From Eubacteriales bacterium (GTDB taxonomy: Bacteria > Bacillota > Clostridia > Oscillospirales > CAG-272): a stretch of DNA of 64,000 bases. Where the stretch lies: NCBI GenBank assembly GCA_050309735.1, contig JBNRMS010000017.1, positions 8,432-72,431 on the forward strand, given 5' to 3'. Both the position numbers and the translations under genes were made by a program. The notes beneath the pieces were generated by a model that made no database searches, was not told the origin of the DNA, and saw only the letters and a list, made by a program, of their open reading frames with translations. Positions 1 through 12,055 of this stretch are shown one piece after another. How positions within the stretch are numbered: position 1 is the first letter of the stretch; each line of letters begins with the position of its first letter.

Positions 1-156
1 TTCCATATCCGCCCGACCGAAAAGATATCAATATTATTATCAAGGGCAGATATGTAATCCGCCCTGCCGGCTTGTCAAATATTAATAAGGTCACATCATA
101 AACACACAAACACAATATAAATTCAACCAAGCATTTACTGCATATAGGAGCCACAC

Positions 157-1662
157 ATGGAAAGACGAATCAAAATTTTTGACACAACCCTGCGCGACGG
201 CGAGCAGTCGCCGGGCTGCAGCATGAATATCGGCGAAAAAATCGAAATCGCAAAACAGCTTGAACTGCTGCGTGTCGACATAATCGAGGCAGGGTTCGCC
301 ATATCCTCGCCGCTCGACTTCAAATCGGTTGAAGCGATATCAAAAAATATAAAGGACTGTGCCGTTGCCTCGCTCGCCCGCGCGGTTGAAAAGGATATCG
401 ACGCGGCATACGAAGCGGTGAAGTCGGCCGTCTCGCCGAGGATTCACACCTTTATAGCCACCTCACCCGTACATATGCAGTATAAGCTGAAGATGACGCC
501 CGACCAGGTGGTCGAGCGGGCGGTGGCCGCGGTTGCGTATGCTAAGAAATTTGTCTCGGATGTCGAATTTTCGGCTGAAGACGCGATGCGCTCCGACCCC
601 GCCTTCCTTGCCCGGGTTGTTGAGGCGGCGATAAGGGCGGGCGCTACAACAGTTAATATCCCGGATACGGTGGGATATGTCGTTCCCGAGGAAATGGCGA
701 GAATGATAAAATATTTGAAAGAAAATGTGCCGAGTATCGACCGGGCGACAATCTCGGTTCACTGCCATAATGACCTTGGAATGGCGGTGGCCAATTCGCT
801 TGCCGGTGTTCTTGCCGGTGCAGATCAGGTTGAGTGCACTGTAAACGGCCTTGGTGAGCGGGCGGGAAACGCGGCGCTTGAGGAAGTGGTGATGGCGATA
901 AAAACCCGCCGCGCCATGTTCGGCTGCTATACCGATATAGAAACAAAGCAGATAAACCGCACAAGCAAGCTGGTCTACAATATCATCGGGCAGACCGCCG
1001 CGATAAATAAGCCGATAGTCGGTGCAAACGCCTTTGCGCACGAGGCCGGAATTCATCAGCATGGGGTTATGGCCGAGAGAAGTACATATGAGATAATGTC
1101 GCCGGAGGATGTCGGAATTGCCAAGACTTCGCTGGTGCTCGGCAAGCACTCGGGGCGCCATGCCATAAAAGAGCGACTGCTCGAAATGGGCTATACCTTC
1201 ACAGAGGAGGAGCTGAGTCTATATTATGAAAAGGTGAAGGCTCTTTCCGAGAAGAAAAAGTTTATCGGAAACAATGATCTTGAAACGATAGTCAATAACC
1301 GCGAGCGCTCGCAGAGCGTTTATCAGCTTGAGTATTTTGACGTCCATACCACTCGGGGCTCACGCGCCACCTGCGTGATAAGACTGAGGAAGGAGGGTGA
1401 GGTGCTTGAGGAGGTTTCGCTCGGTGACGGTCCTATCAACGCAGCCTATGCGGCAATCGACAAAATTACGGGCAACCTCTGCGACGAACTTTCAAATTAC
1501 GCTATTCACTCGGTTTCGGGCGGAAACGACGCGCTCGGCGAGGTGACTGTTAAGCTAAGAGCGGGCGAGCGGACGGTGACCGGGCGGGGGCTTTCAACCG
1601 ACATTATTGAATCAAGTATTCTTGCATATGTAAACGGCATAAACAAGCTGCTCGAAGTCTAA
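157..1662 (+). CDS. leuA: 2-isopropylmalate synthase
   Basis: 501-aa ORF. N-terminal IFDTTLRDGEQSPG aldolase signature and HCHNDLGMAVAN metal site, followed by a LeuA C-terminal regulatory domain. First gene of a leu cluster. Confidence 0.9.
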   Translation: MERRIKIFDTTLRDGEQSPGCSMNIGEKIEIAKQLELLRVDIIEAGFAISSPLDFKSVEAISKNIKDCAVASLARAVEKDIDAAYEAVKSAVSPRIHTFIATSPVHMQYKLKMTPDQVVERAVAAVAYAKKFVSDVEFSAEDAMRSDPAFLARVVEAAIRAGATTVNIPDTVGYVVPEEMARMIKYLKENVPSIDRATISVHCHNDLGMAVANSLAGVLAGADQVECTVNGLGERAGNAALEEVVMAIKTRRAMFGCYTDIETKQINRTSKLVYNIIGQTAAINKPIVGANAFAHEAGIHQHGVMAERSTYEIMSPEDVGIAKTSLVLGKHSGRHAIKERLLEMGYTFTEEELSLYYEKVKALSEKKKFIGNNDLETIVNNRERSQSVYQLEYFDVHTTRGSRATCVIRLRKEGEVLEEVSLGDGPINAAYAAIDKITGNLCDELSNYAIHSVSGGNDALGEVTVKLRAGERTVTGRGLSTDIIESSILAYVNGINKLLEV

Positions 1663-1678
1663 GGGGGAGGCAGATATT

Positions 1679-3262
1679 TTGAACAGACAAAGAATAGAAA
1701 TACTTGACTCAACCCTGCGGGACGGAGCGCAGGGCGAGGGAATATCCTTCTCTGTCAATGATAAAATTCATATCGTAAAAACTCTTGACAATCTTGGGGT
1801 TGACTATATCGAAGCCGGAAATCCCGGCTCAAATCCAAAAGACCTTGAGTTCTTTGAGCGTGCCTCAAAGCTTTTGCTCAAGCGCTCAAAACTCTGCGCC
1901 TTCGGGAGCACACGGCGGCACGGTGTTGCCCCGTCCGAGGACGCAAATATCAAGTCTCTCCTTGCGGCGTCAACTCCGGTGGTTGTGATATTCGGCAAGT
2001 CGTCCGACCTTCATGTCCGCGAGATACTTAAAATCAGCCCTGAGGAAAACCTTCAAATGGTGCGCGATACGGTGGAATACCTCAAGCAAAACTCAAAAGA
2101 GGTGATATTCGACGCCGAACACTTTTTCGACGGCTATTTCTCCTCGCCCGAGTATGCCATGAGCGTCCTTCGCGCGGCCGCCGAGGGCGGTGCCGACGCC
2201 CTTGTTCTCTGCGATACAAACGGCGGCACGCTGCCGCTCGATATAGAGAAGATAACAAGGCAGGTTGTGGGGGTCTTTCCGGACAGGAAAATCGGAATAC
2301 ACTGCCACAACGACACCGACTGCGCCGTTGCAAACTCAATGCTCGCGGTGGGAGCGGGCGCGCTTCATGTTCAGGGAACGCTGATCGGAATCGGGGAGAG
2401 ATGCGGAAATGCCAATCTCTCGGCCATAATCCCGAATCTTGTTCTCAAACGCGGGTATGACTGCGCAGCAGACCTCTTGCTCCTTTCCGAAACAGCCGGC
2501 AAGATTGCGGAGATATCAAACACGCCGCTTGGCGGAGGCCGACCCTATGTCGGCTCGGGCGCATTTGCGCACAAGGCCGGAATGCATATCGACGGAGTGC
2601 TCAAGCTGCCTAAATCCTTTGAGCATATCGACCCGTCGGCAGTGGGAAACAAGCGCAGATTTTTGATGTCCGAGGTTTCCGGGCGCAGCACGGTGCTCAA
2701 TAAAGTAAAAAACTTCATCTCAGGGCTTGACAAGGACTCGGCCGAAATTTCGGCGATTCTTGAAAAGCTCAAGGAAATGGAGCATTATGGCTACCATTTC
2801 GAGGCGGCAGACGCCAGTTTTGAGCTGCTCGTCAAGCGTGTGCTCGGGATGTACCGCCCCTCCTTCAGGATAGTGCTCTATAAAACAATGGGAGAATTCC
2901 CGTTTCCCGAGGGCGGGATGCCGGCGTCGGCAACAGTCAAGGTTGAGGTCGACGGAAAAGAGGAGATAACAGCGGTGATGGGCGAGGGGCCGGTAAACGC
3001 CCTTGACCTCGCACTGCGAAAGGCGCTGGTCGTCTTTTATCCTGCCATTCGCAATATGCGCCTTATCGACTACAAGGTTCGCGTTCTTGAGCAGAACAGC
3101 TCAACGGCGGCGCGTGTGCGTGTGCTTATCGAAACTGCCGACGAAAATTCAACCTGGACGACTGTCGGCGTGTCAAACGACATACTTGAGGCGAGCCTTA
3201 TCGCACTGGTTGACTCGTTTGAATATAAATTATCCATGAAAGAGGAGAGTGCGCATGAATAA
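1679..3262 (+). CDS. cimA: citramalate synthase-type (LeuA-related) enzyme
   Basis: 527-aa ORF with [18 protein letters not shown] and [13 protein letters not shown] motifs; its length and sequence style fit the citramalate-synthase branch. TTG start 8 nt after a GGGGGAGG RBS. Lies between leuA and leuC. Confidence 0.75.
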   Translation: MNRQRIEILDSTLRDGAQGEGISFSVNDKIHIVKTLDNLGVDYIEAGNPGSNPKDLEFFERASKLLLKRSKLCAFGSTRRHGVAPSEDANIKSLLAASTPVVVIFGKSSDLHVREILKISPEENLQMVRDTVEYLKQNSKEVIFDAEHFFDGYFSSPEYAMSVLRAAAEGGADALVLCDTNGGTLPLDIEKITRQVVGVFPDRKIGIHCHNDTDCAVANSMLAVGAGALHVQGTLIGIGERCGNANLSAIIPNLVLKRGYDCAADLLLLSETAGKIAEISNTPLGGGRPYVGSGAFAHKAGMHIDGVLKLPKSFEHIDPSAVGNKRRFLMSEVSGRSTVLNKVKNFISGLDKDSAEISAILEKLKEMEHYGYHFEAADASFELLVKRVLGMYRPSFRIVLYKTMGEFPFPEGGMPASATVKVEVDGKEEITAVMGEGPVNALDLALRKALVVFYPAIRNMRLIDYKVRVLEQNSSTAARVRVLIETADENSTWTTVGVSNDILEASLIALVDSFEYKLSMKEESAHE

Positions 3263-4526
3263 AATGACAATGACCCAAAAAATCCTCGCTGCCCATGCGG
3301 GCAAGGCATCGGTGAGGGCGGGCGAAATAGTGCTTGTCGGGGTCGACATGGTGCTCGGAAACGACATTACCTCGCCCGTGGCGATAAACGAGTTCTCGCG
3401 CATGGGGCGCGATAAAGTTTTTGACGGCTCAAAAGTTTCGCTTGTGATGGACCATTTCGCCCCGAACAAGGATATCAAAGCAGCCGAGCAGTGCAAGGCT
3501 TGCCGCGAATTTGCCTCTGAGATGGAGATTGAGAACTATTTTGAGGGCGGCGAGATGGGAGTTGAACACGCGCTTCTGCCCGAGCGCGGTCTGGTTACGG
3601 CCGGCGACCTTATAATCGGTGCCGACTCGCACACCTGCACCTATGGGGCGCTCGGCGCCTTCTCAACCGGTGTCGGTTCGACCGACATGGCAGTCGGTAT
3701 GGCGACCGGCAGGGCATGGCTCAGAGTTCCGTCTGCGATGAAATTTAATCTTTTTGGCAAGCTCGGAAAATGGGTCACCGGCAAGGATGTTATACTTCAT
3801 ATTATCGGGATGATAGGAGTTGACGGTGCGCTTTACAAGTCAATGGAATTTACCGGGGAGGGTATTGGCACTCTGTCGGTCAGCGACAGGCTCTGCATGG
3901 CCAATATGGCTATTGAAGCCGGGGCGAAAAACGGCATATTCCCGGTCGACGACAGGACAATTGATTATCTTAAGGCGGCCGGCGCTAAGCTTCCCGTTAT
4001 ATACGAGGCAGACGAGGGCGCCGAATACGAGGCCGTCTATGACATTGACCTCTCGAAAATAAAGCCGACCGTTGCTTTCCCGCACCTGCCCGAGAACACG
4101 CGCACCTTTGATAAGATTGATGAAATCAAAATTGATCAGGTGGTAATAGGTTCCTGCACAAACGGGAGATACGAGGATCTTGCCGCCGCCGCGTCGGTAC
4201 TCAAGGGAAGGCACGTGGCAAGAAATGTTCGTGCGATTATCATTCCCGCCACCCAGAAAATTTATCTTGACGCGATGGAAACCGGCCTTTTAAAAATCTT
4301 CATCGAGGCGGGTGCCATTGTTTCGGCACCGACCTGCGGCCCCTGCCTTGGAGGACACATGGGAATCCTTGCCAGAGGCGAGAGGGCGGTGGCGACTACA
4401 AACCGCAATTTTGTCGGACGGATGGGCCATCCTGAGTCAGAAGTCTATCTTGCAAGCCCTTATGTCGCGGCAGCAAGCGCTGTGACGGGTAAAATATCAA
4501 GCCCTGAGGAGGTAATGGGAGAATGA
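3255..4526 (+). CDS. leuC: 3-isopropylmalate dehydratase large subunit
   Basis: Aconitase-family large subunit with GADSHTC and CGPCLG Fe-S ligand motifs. I moved the start to the ATG at 3255, 8 nt after GAGGAG (the track ORF starts at GTG 3249). Confidence 0.9.
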   Translation: MNKMTMTQKILAAHAGKASVRAGEIVLVGVDMVLGNDITSPVAINEFSRMGRDKVFDGSKVSLVMDHFAPNKDIKAAEQCKACREFASEMEIENYFEGGEMGVEHALLPERGLVTAGDLIIGADSHTCTYGALGAFSTGVGSTDMAVGMATGRAWLRVPSAMKFNLFGKLGKWVTGKDVILHIIGMIGVDGALYKSMEFTGEGIGTLSVSDRLCMANMAIEAGAKNGIFPVDDRTIDYLKAAGAKLPVIYEADEGAEYEAVYDIDLSKIKPTVAFPHLPENTRTFDKIDEIKIDQVVIGSCTNGRYEDLAAAASVLKGRHVARNVRAIIIPATQKIYLDAMETGLLKIFIEAGAIVSAPTCGPCLGGHMGILARGERAVATTNRNFVGRMGHPESEVYLASPYVAAASAVTGKISSPEEVMGE

Positions 4527-5020
4527 AGGTCAGCGGAAAAACATTTAAATACGGAGCCAACGTCGACACAGACGTTATAATCCCGGCAAGATACCTCAAC
4601 ACAACCGACAAGAAAGAGCTTGCCGCCCACTGCATGGAGGATATAGATCGCGATTTTGTTAAAAATGTAAGGGTCGGCGATATAATTGTCGCAGGGCGCA
4701 ATTTTGGCTGCGGCTCTTCGCGGGAGCACGCGCCGATAGTCATAAAAGAAAGCGGAATTTCGCTTGTTATCGCCGAGAGCTTCGCGCGGATTTTTTACAG
4801 AAATTCAATCAATATTGGCCTTCCGATAGTCGAATGTCCAAAGGCCGCTCGCGAAATTGAGGCGGGCGACACCGTCGAGATGGATTTCGACACAGGCCTT
4901 ATAAAAAATATTACGCAAAACAAAGAGTACAAGGCACAGCCCTTCCCGGACTTTATACAGTCGATAATCAGGTCGGGCGGGCTTGTAGAGGCGGCGAGGG
5001 CGGGGGTTCTCGGCGAATAG
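4523..5020 (+). CDS. leuD: 3-isopropylmalate dehydratase small subunit
   Basis: 165-aa aconitase swivel domain ([13 protein letters not shown]). ATGA start/stop overlap with leuC. Confidence 0.9.
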   Translation: MKVSGKTFKYGANVDTDVIIPARYLNTTDKKELAAHCMEDIDRDFVKNVRVGDIIVAGRNFGCGSSREHAPIVIKESGISLVIAESFARIFYRNSINIGLPIVECPKAAREIEAGDTVEMDFDTGLIKNITQNKEYKAQPFPDFIQSIIRSGGLVEAARAGVLGE

Positions 5021-5116
5021 CCTCGGGGCGTTGTGCCGTAGATTGACCTGCAGGTGTCATCTTGGCCACCCGAGAGCAGATGAGTAATAGTGAATAAAGA
5101 ACGGAAGGTATAGATT

Positions 5117-6166
5117 ATGAAGCTTGACATAGCCCTCCTTAAGGGCGACGGAATAGGACCTGAGGTGGTTGACAGAGCAATTGAGGTTCTCGACCGGGTG
5201 GCCGCAAAATTCGGTCATGAAATAAAATACACCCCTCTTCTTGCCGGCGGCTGCGCTATTGACGAGATAGGCGAGCCGCTGCCGGCTGAGACTGTTGACA
5301 GATGCCTTGAGAGCGATTGTGTGCTGCTCGGCGCCGTTGGTGGGCCAAAGTGGGACAATCTGCCCGGACATCTGCGTCCTGAGAGGGCGCTGCTCGGCAT
5401 AAGGGGTGCGCTCGGTCTTTTTGCGAATATCCGCCCGGCTAAGCTCTATCCGGCTCTGGCCGACAGGTGTCCTCTGCGCGGAGGTGTTGATTTTGACATG
5501 GTAATCGTGCGCGAGTTGACCGGCGGGATGTATTTTGGTGAGAGCGGCCGTCGCGAGGGGAAATATGGCCCCGAGGCTTATGACACCGAGTGCTACAGCG
5601 TGGCCGAAGTAGAGCGGATCGGTCGCGTGGCCTTTGAGAGTGCCATGAAGCGGAGAAAAAAGGTTACAAGCATTGACAAAGCGAATGTTCTCGAGAGCTC
5701 CCGCCTCTGGCGCGAGACTATGCACCGGCTGGCCGCCGAATACCCGGAGGTTGAATATTCGGATATGCTTGTCGATAATGCGGCAATGCAGCTCATAAGG
5801 GATCCTGTGCAATTTGACGTTATCGTAACCTCAAATATGTTCGGAGACATCCTCTCGGACGAGGCCTCCCAGCTCACCGGTTCTATCGGAATGCTGCCCT
5901 CGGCCTCGCTCGGCGAGAGGAAGCGCGGCCTATATGAACCGATTCACGGCTCTGCTCCCGATATCGCCGGCAAAAACATGGCAAATCCGATAGCAACCAT
6001 ACTCTCATCTGCCATGATGCTGCGCTACACTTTCGGACTTGTCGCCGAGGCAGAGTGTATCGAGCGCGCGGTTGAAGAGACTCTTAGCGCCGGACAGATC
6101 ACTAAAGACCTTGGCGGCACGCTCGGAACCGACGAGATAACCGCAAAGATAATAAGCCGAATCTGA
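5117..6166 (+). CDS. leuB: 3-isopropylmalate dehydrogenase
   Basis: 349-aa isocitrate/isopropylmalate dehydrogenase family protein ([26 protein letters not shown] signature). Confidence 0.9.
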   Translation: MKLDIALLKGDGIGPEVVDRAIEVLDRVAAKFGHEIKYTPLLAGGCAIDEIGEPLPAETVDRCLESDCVLLGAVGGPKWDNLPGHLRPERALLGIRGALGLFANIRPAKLYPALADRCPLRGGVDFDMVIVRELTGGMYFGESGRREGKYGPEAYDTECYSVAEVERIGRVAFESAMKRRKKVTSIDKANVLESSRLWRETMHRLAAEYPEVEYSDMLVDNAAMQLIRDPVQFDVIVTSNMFGDILSDEASQLTGSIGMLPSASLGERKRGLYEPIHGSAPDIAGKNMANPIATILSSAMMLRYTFGLVAEAECIERAVEETLSAGQITKDLGGTLGTDEITAKIISRI

Positions 6167-6181
6167 TTTTTAATATACAAT

Positions 6182-6390
6182 ACTAAACACCGATTAAAAC
6201 ATTAAGCTAACAAGGGATGCGCCGGGGGGACTTCCCCCAAAAAGTTCCCCCGCCCCTCTCAAAAACCTTTCGAGCATTTGGCACAGCTAAATTTGGGAGC
6301 ATGCCACCCCGGCCCCGGCCGGGCCCCACATCCCTCTTTGGGGTCGGGGTGAGGCAATCGGAGTTAAATGTTATAATGAGGTAATAGCAT
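6182..6390 (+). repeat. Intergenic repeat family B, full-length copy B1
   Basis: Starts 15 nt after the leuB stop. Shares ..TTAAAACATTAAGCTAA.GAGGGATGCGCCGGGGG.ACTTCCCCC..AAGTTCCCC..GAGCATTTGGCGCAGCTAAATTTGGAGCATGCC..GGCCGGGCCCCACATCCCTCT..GGGGTGAGGCAATC..AATGTTATAAT with the copy at 49109-49330, and shares both ends with 16961-17080. Confidence 0.75.
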
Positions 6391-6507
6391 ATAAGGCTAA
6401 AGATATGCCGGGGAAAGCTTTCAAAAGAAGGTTTTCCCCACGTGTGTCCGAGGAGAATAACAGATTAAGAATTTCTTATTTTTGTCAAAAACCGACCTTT
6501 TAACTCC

Positions 6508-6536
6508 TTGACAGGAAGGGGGGCGTATGTTATAAT
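6508..6536 (+). promoter_or_regulatory. Sigma-A type promoter (TTGACA-17-TATAAT, TG-extended)
   Basis: TTGACA at 6508-6513, a 17-nt spacer ending in TGT, TATAAT at 6531-6536. About 40 nt upstream of the lipoprotein gene. Confidence 0.55.
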
Positions 6537-6577
6537 TTTCATAAAGAATAACAGGTCGTAAAAAAAGGAGTATGAAA

Positions 6578-7255
6578 ATGAAGAAGCTCGCAGCGCTCTC
6601 CCTCGCGCTTTTATTTGTGATATCGCTCTCCTCTTGCAAGGGCGGAACGGGAGACACCGAAACATCTGACAGCGCGGACGGGTCTACATCATATAAAGTC
6701 GTAACAACCTCGCCCGAGACAACGGCGCAGGACACCACCGCAGACACCACTGCACAAACCACCGAGGACACCACACCGAGTACAACCGAGCCGCCCGTGC
6801 TAAGCTTTACGCCGGTTGATAAAACGGCTTATGTCATTGTCGATAATGTCTATGTGCGCACCGCCCCCGCAACAACCGGGAATGTAGGCGTGGCAACGCT
6901 GCATTATGGCGATGATATAAAGTGCGTTGGGATAAGCGACAATTGGTTTAAGGTGATTTATGCCGATAAGGAGCATTATATTTCGGCGTCCTGCCTTACG
7001 TTTGATAATATAACAGGCGACGATGTCGAGGCCGTAAACGACACGGTTTATGTCAATGTCGACGTTCTGACTCTGCGCCGCGGCCCCTCGGGTGATACAG
7101 AGCCGATGGGTTATGCCTCGAAGGGCGATGCACTGACGCGGGTCGGCAAAAACGAATATTGGAGCAAGATAACACATAATGGCAATATTTATTATGTCGG
7201 CAACAGCGCGATATCAACAACCCCGGTGGAGGTAACGACCACTGCAGGAAACTAA
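6578..7255 (+). CDS. Lipoprotein with Thr/Ser-rich linker and two SH3b-like domains
   Basis: Signal peptide with lipobox LSSC. Low-complexity T/E/D linker, then two copies of the AYV..NVYVRTAP..G / LTLRRGPS..YWSKI bacterial SH3 pattern. Start set at ATG 6578, 7 nt after AGGAG. Confidence 0.7.
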   Translation: MKKLAALSLALLFVISLSSCKGGTGDTETSDSADGSTSYKVVTTSPETTAQDTTADTTAQTTEDTTPSTTEPPVLSFTPVDKTAYVIVDNVYVRTAPATTGNVGVATLHYGDDIKCVGISDNWFKVIYADKEHYISASCLTFDNITGDDVEAVNDTVYVNVDVLTLRRGPSGDTEPMGYASKGDALTRVGKNEYWSKITHNGNIYYVGNSAISTTPVEVTTTAGN

Positions 7256-7269
7256 GTAATATAAAACCT

Positions 7270-7308
7270 GCCGCCCCGGTGCATTTTGCACCGGGGCGGC
7301 GTGTTTTA
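7270..7308 (+). terminator. Rho-independent terminator
   Basis: 13-bp perfect stem GCCGCCCCGGTGC/GCACCGGGGCGGC with loop ATTTT, followed by GTGTTTTA. Confidence 0.7.
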
Positions 7309-7422
7309 TGTCATATATGTGAGGGAAATGTTTGTTTTTAAATCCGGCGAAAATTCTTGACAATCCCATGAACGCATGATAACATAATATCGGAAATAAA
7401 TAGCGAGCAAGGGGGCATTTGC

Positions 7423-8280
7423 ATGAACGACGGCAGCAACAGAGGGCGCACCTACGGCATGATTAACCAACTAAAAAACAGCGGCTCGAATGTGAGCGAT
7501 ATGGTCGATTATGAAAAGCTCACTCCAAAGGAGAGGAAAAGACGATTTATAAAAAGCCGCACCGCTCGCGAGCACTACCGCAAATATGGCAAGAAGGACT
7601 CCGCTCTCGCTTCTCTTGTTTTTCAGGAGGCGATGGTAAGTCTTTTTGCGATTTTATATTTCGGGGTTTTTGCTCTTGCGATTGGTCTTGGCGCCGTTGG
7701 ATTTATCATTGTGGCAGGGCCTTTTATGGGAACGCTGCTGGCTATTTTGTTTATCTCGGTTATTATATCCCCGCAGGTAAAAAGGGTTGCAAAACGGCTC
7801 TCCTTTCGCTCAAAGCTAAAGAAAATGTGCGAAAAAAAGGGGCTGCGGCTTTATTTTTACGGCAGTCCTCTCGCCTCTCTCTATCGCCCGCGGGGGCGGG
7901 CGGATTTTGCGGTCGAGACTGGCGATATACTCTGGGAGGTTATGTTTTTTCCGGCGCCGAGCCGGGTGTCGGCCGTCACCTTCGGTTCGCCCGAGTATGC
8001 CACAGTTGCCACACGCATACTTAAGAGCCGGATAACACTGGCGCTCGGTAGCAAGGAGCGCTTGCGCCGGCGCGACTATCGCTTTGAGGCGGGCGCGAAT
8101 ATAAAGTCAAAAAAGGTTTTCAAGGTTCTTTTGCTCAATCCGGTGCCTTATCTGCTCAAATATTACGACGCAAAGGACAAAAAGATTATCGAGGGCGGCT
8201 CAGGCATTGAATTTTTCGGATATTGTGCCTATTCAGGCAGCGCGTTTATCAATATTATAGAGAGGACTTTGAAAGATTAA
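7423..8280 (+). CDS. Hypothetical membrane protein
   Basis: 285 aa. Basic N-terminus, two long hydrophobic segments (SLVFQEAMVSLFAILYFGVFALAIGLGAVGFIIVAGPFMGTLLAILFISVII), and a roughly 170-aa basic C-terminal domain with no motif I recognise. GGGGG RBS 7 nt upstream. Confidence 0.55.
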   Translation: MNDGSNRGRTYGMINQLKNSGSNVSDMVDYEKLTPKERKRRFIKSRTAREHYRKYGKKDSALASLVFQEAMVSLFAILYFGVFALAIGLGAVGFIIVAGPFMGTLLAILFISVIISPQVKRVAKRLSFRSKLKKMCEKKGLRLYFYGSPLASLYRPRGRADFAVETGDILWEVMFFPAPSRVSAVTFGSPEYATVATRILKSRITLALGSKERLRRRDYRFEAGANIKSKKVFKVLLLNPVPYLLKYYDAKDKKIIEGGSGIEFFGYCAYSGSAFINIIERTLKD

Positions 8281-8426
8281 TCTTTTATACTGCCTAATTG
8301 GTGGGCGTCGCATCGCACACGAAAGAGCCGAATCGGCGAGCGGTTGAGATATTAGTTTTATCGGATAAAATAATAAGAGCCGGGAATGCGCCGGCTCTTA
8401 ATCTATCATTAAATTATTAAGTAAAA

Positions 8427-10531
<2,105 letters not shown>

Positions 10532-10655
10532 TTAAGTATAGCACAGAATGCCCTCCCGGTCAATTGTGCGATGTGAAGAAAGGTGGTTGGGATTGTGGAC
10601 AAAACGCGACGATAAATTCAATATTGTGACTAATATCTGAATTTTATTTTTGCCC

Positions 10656-10685
10656 TTTACAAAAGAGGGGGTAGGATGATATAAT
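10656..10685 (+). promoter_or_regulatory. Candidate promoter (TTTACA-18-TATAAT, TG-extended)
   Basis: TTTACA at 10656-10661 and TGATATAAT ending at 10685. About 95 nt upstream of hpf. Confidence 0.45.
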
Positions 10686-10780
10686 ATTATTGACTAACCG
10701 GAGACGGTATAACCCATAATAAAAGCAAGATTACCGGGACAAACGCTCTCCGGGAAGAAATAAGACAAGGAGGCGCGAAT

Positions 10781-11311
10781 ATGAAAATCACAGTAGTCGG
10801 CAGACATATGACGGTCGATGAAAATCTCAAGTCTCTTGTAGCCAAAAAGCTGTCGCGTTTTGACAAGTATTTCGTGAACGAGGGAGAGGCCACAGTCACA
10901 TTCAGCAGAAAGCGCAACAAAGAAAATCTTGAAATCACCATTAACGCCGCGAGCACCCTGTTCCGCAGCGAGGTTGACGACGAAACCTTCCAGAATGCGC
11001 TTGACCGCTCGATAGAAGCTATCGAACGGCAGATCAGAAAGAACAAAACCCGCCTATCAAAGCGGCTGCGCGAGGGTGTTTTCGACGAGCCCGGTTTTAG
11101 CTACAGCGAATCGGTCGAGGAAGAGGAGAGCGAGTTTGTCATAAGGACAAAGAGCTTTAAACTCAAGCCCATGTCGGCCGAGGAGGCGATTCTTCAGATG
11201 AACCTGCTCGGGCATCAGTTCTTTGTCTTTGAAGATCAGGACAGCGGAGACCATTGCGTGGTCTACGCCAGAAAAGACGGGGCATACGGCCTTATTGTGC
11301 CCGAAAAATAA
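10781..11311 (+). CDS. hpf: Ribosome hibernation promoting factor, long form
   Basis: 176 aa. Sigma-54-modulation/RaiA N-domain (MKITVVGRHM.V...L) plus the C-terminal dimerisation domain (KPMSAEEAILQMNLLGHQFFVF). Confidence 0.9.
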   Translation: MKITVVGRHMTVDENLKSLVAKKLSRFDKYFVNEGEATVTFSRKRNKENLEITINAASTLFRSEVDDETFQNALDRSIEAIERQIRKNKTRLSKRLREGVFDEPGFSYSESVEEEESEFVIRTKSFKLKPMSAEEAILQMNLLGHQFFVFEDQDSGDHCVVYARKDGAYGLIVPEK

Positions 11312-11326
11312 ATAATTAACATACCC

Positions 11327-11356
11327 GGGTGCCGCGCTCTGCGCGGCACCCTTTTT
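11327..11356 (+). terminator. Rho-independent terminator of hpf
   Basis: 11-bp stem GGGTGCCGCGC/GCGCGGCACCC, 3-nt loop, TTTTT tail. Confidence 0.8.
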
Positions 11357-11363
11357 ACCCCTC

Positions 11364-11392
11364 TTGTATTTTTGTTATCATCGGTGTATAAT
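11364..11392 (+). promoter_or_regulatory. Candidate promoter (TTGTAT-17-TATAAT)
   Basis: TTGTAT at 11364-11369 and TATAAT at 11387-11392. Followed by a roughly 120-nt structured leader before the flavodoxin-like gene. Confidence 0.5.
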
Positions 11393-11513
11393 AATGTCAG
11401 AATCAAAGGGTTAAGGGAAAACAAGTTTTCCTTTAAATAACCAGCTTGTGTCCCCGCGGTATGGGTGACGGCGGCACAAGCTCGGATAAGAACAGAAAGG
11501 CATGGTCATAAAT

Positions 11514-12029
11514 ATGAAAATTCTCATAGCCTACGTGTCAAAATCGGGAACCACGAAAAAATGCGCTGGGATGCTTGCCGAAAAACTGCCGACGCACAAT
11601 GTCACAATAGCCAATCTGGAAAAGGAAAACCCGGATATTTCGGGATATGATTTTGTGGCAGTCGGAGGACCTGTGAGATACGGAAAGCTCTGCGGGGAAA
11701 TGGCACAATATATCAGCAGAAATGCCGAGGAACTCAAAAAAATACGGGCGGGTTATTTCATCACCTGCGGCTATGTCGATAGCGGCGATGAGTATATACA
11801 CAAGCTGATTTCGCCCGACCTTATTGAGCGGGCAGATGCCGCCGCCTGTTTTGGCGGGGAGCTGATATTAAAAAATCTGAAGGGGTGGGACAGGTTTGTC
11901 GCCCGAATAATTGTCAGCTATGTGCTTGACGACGGCAAGCGAGACGGCGAGGAAAAGGTGCGCAGTCTGCCCGAGATAATGCCCGACAGCATAAGTCGTT
12001 TTGCCGACGCAATAGCCGAGAGGTTTTAA
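11514..12029 (+). CDS. Flavodoxin-domain protein
   Basis: N-terminal MKILIAYVSKSGTTKKCA flavodoxin-like FMN-loop pattern; about 170 aa. The start could also be ATG 11502. Confidence 0.6.
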   Translation: MKILIAYVSKSGTTKKCAGMLAEKLPTHNVTIANLEKENPDISGYDFVAVGGPVRYGKLCGEMAQYISRNAEELKKIRAGYFITCGYVDSGDEYIHKLISPDLIERADAAACFGGELILKNLKGWDRFVARIIVSYVLDDGKRDGEEKVRSLPEIMPDSISRFADAIAERF

Positions 12030-12055
12030 TGCTTGATATCGAGGCGAATTGATAG

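Noticed and set aside
1-156. Possible leucine T-box or attenuator upstream of leuA
   Set aside because: Only 156 nt are available and no T-box, specifier or terminator elements are visible. This cannot be judged from the window.
5057-5812. 251-aa ORF antisense to leuB; similar long antisense ORFs at 463-1161, 32866-33510, 45663-46394, 50938-51696 and 54596-55279
   Set aside because: All lie opposite confidently identified genes and show no motifs. They are a by-product of stop-codon-poor GC-rich sequence.
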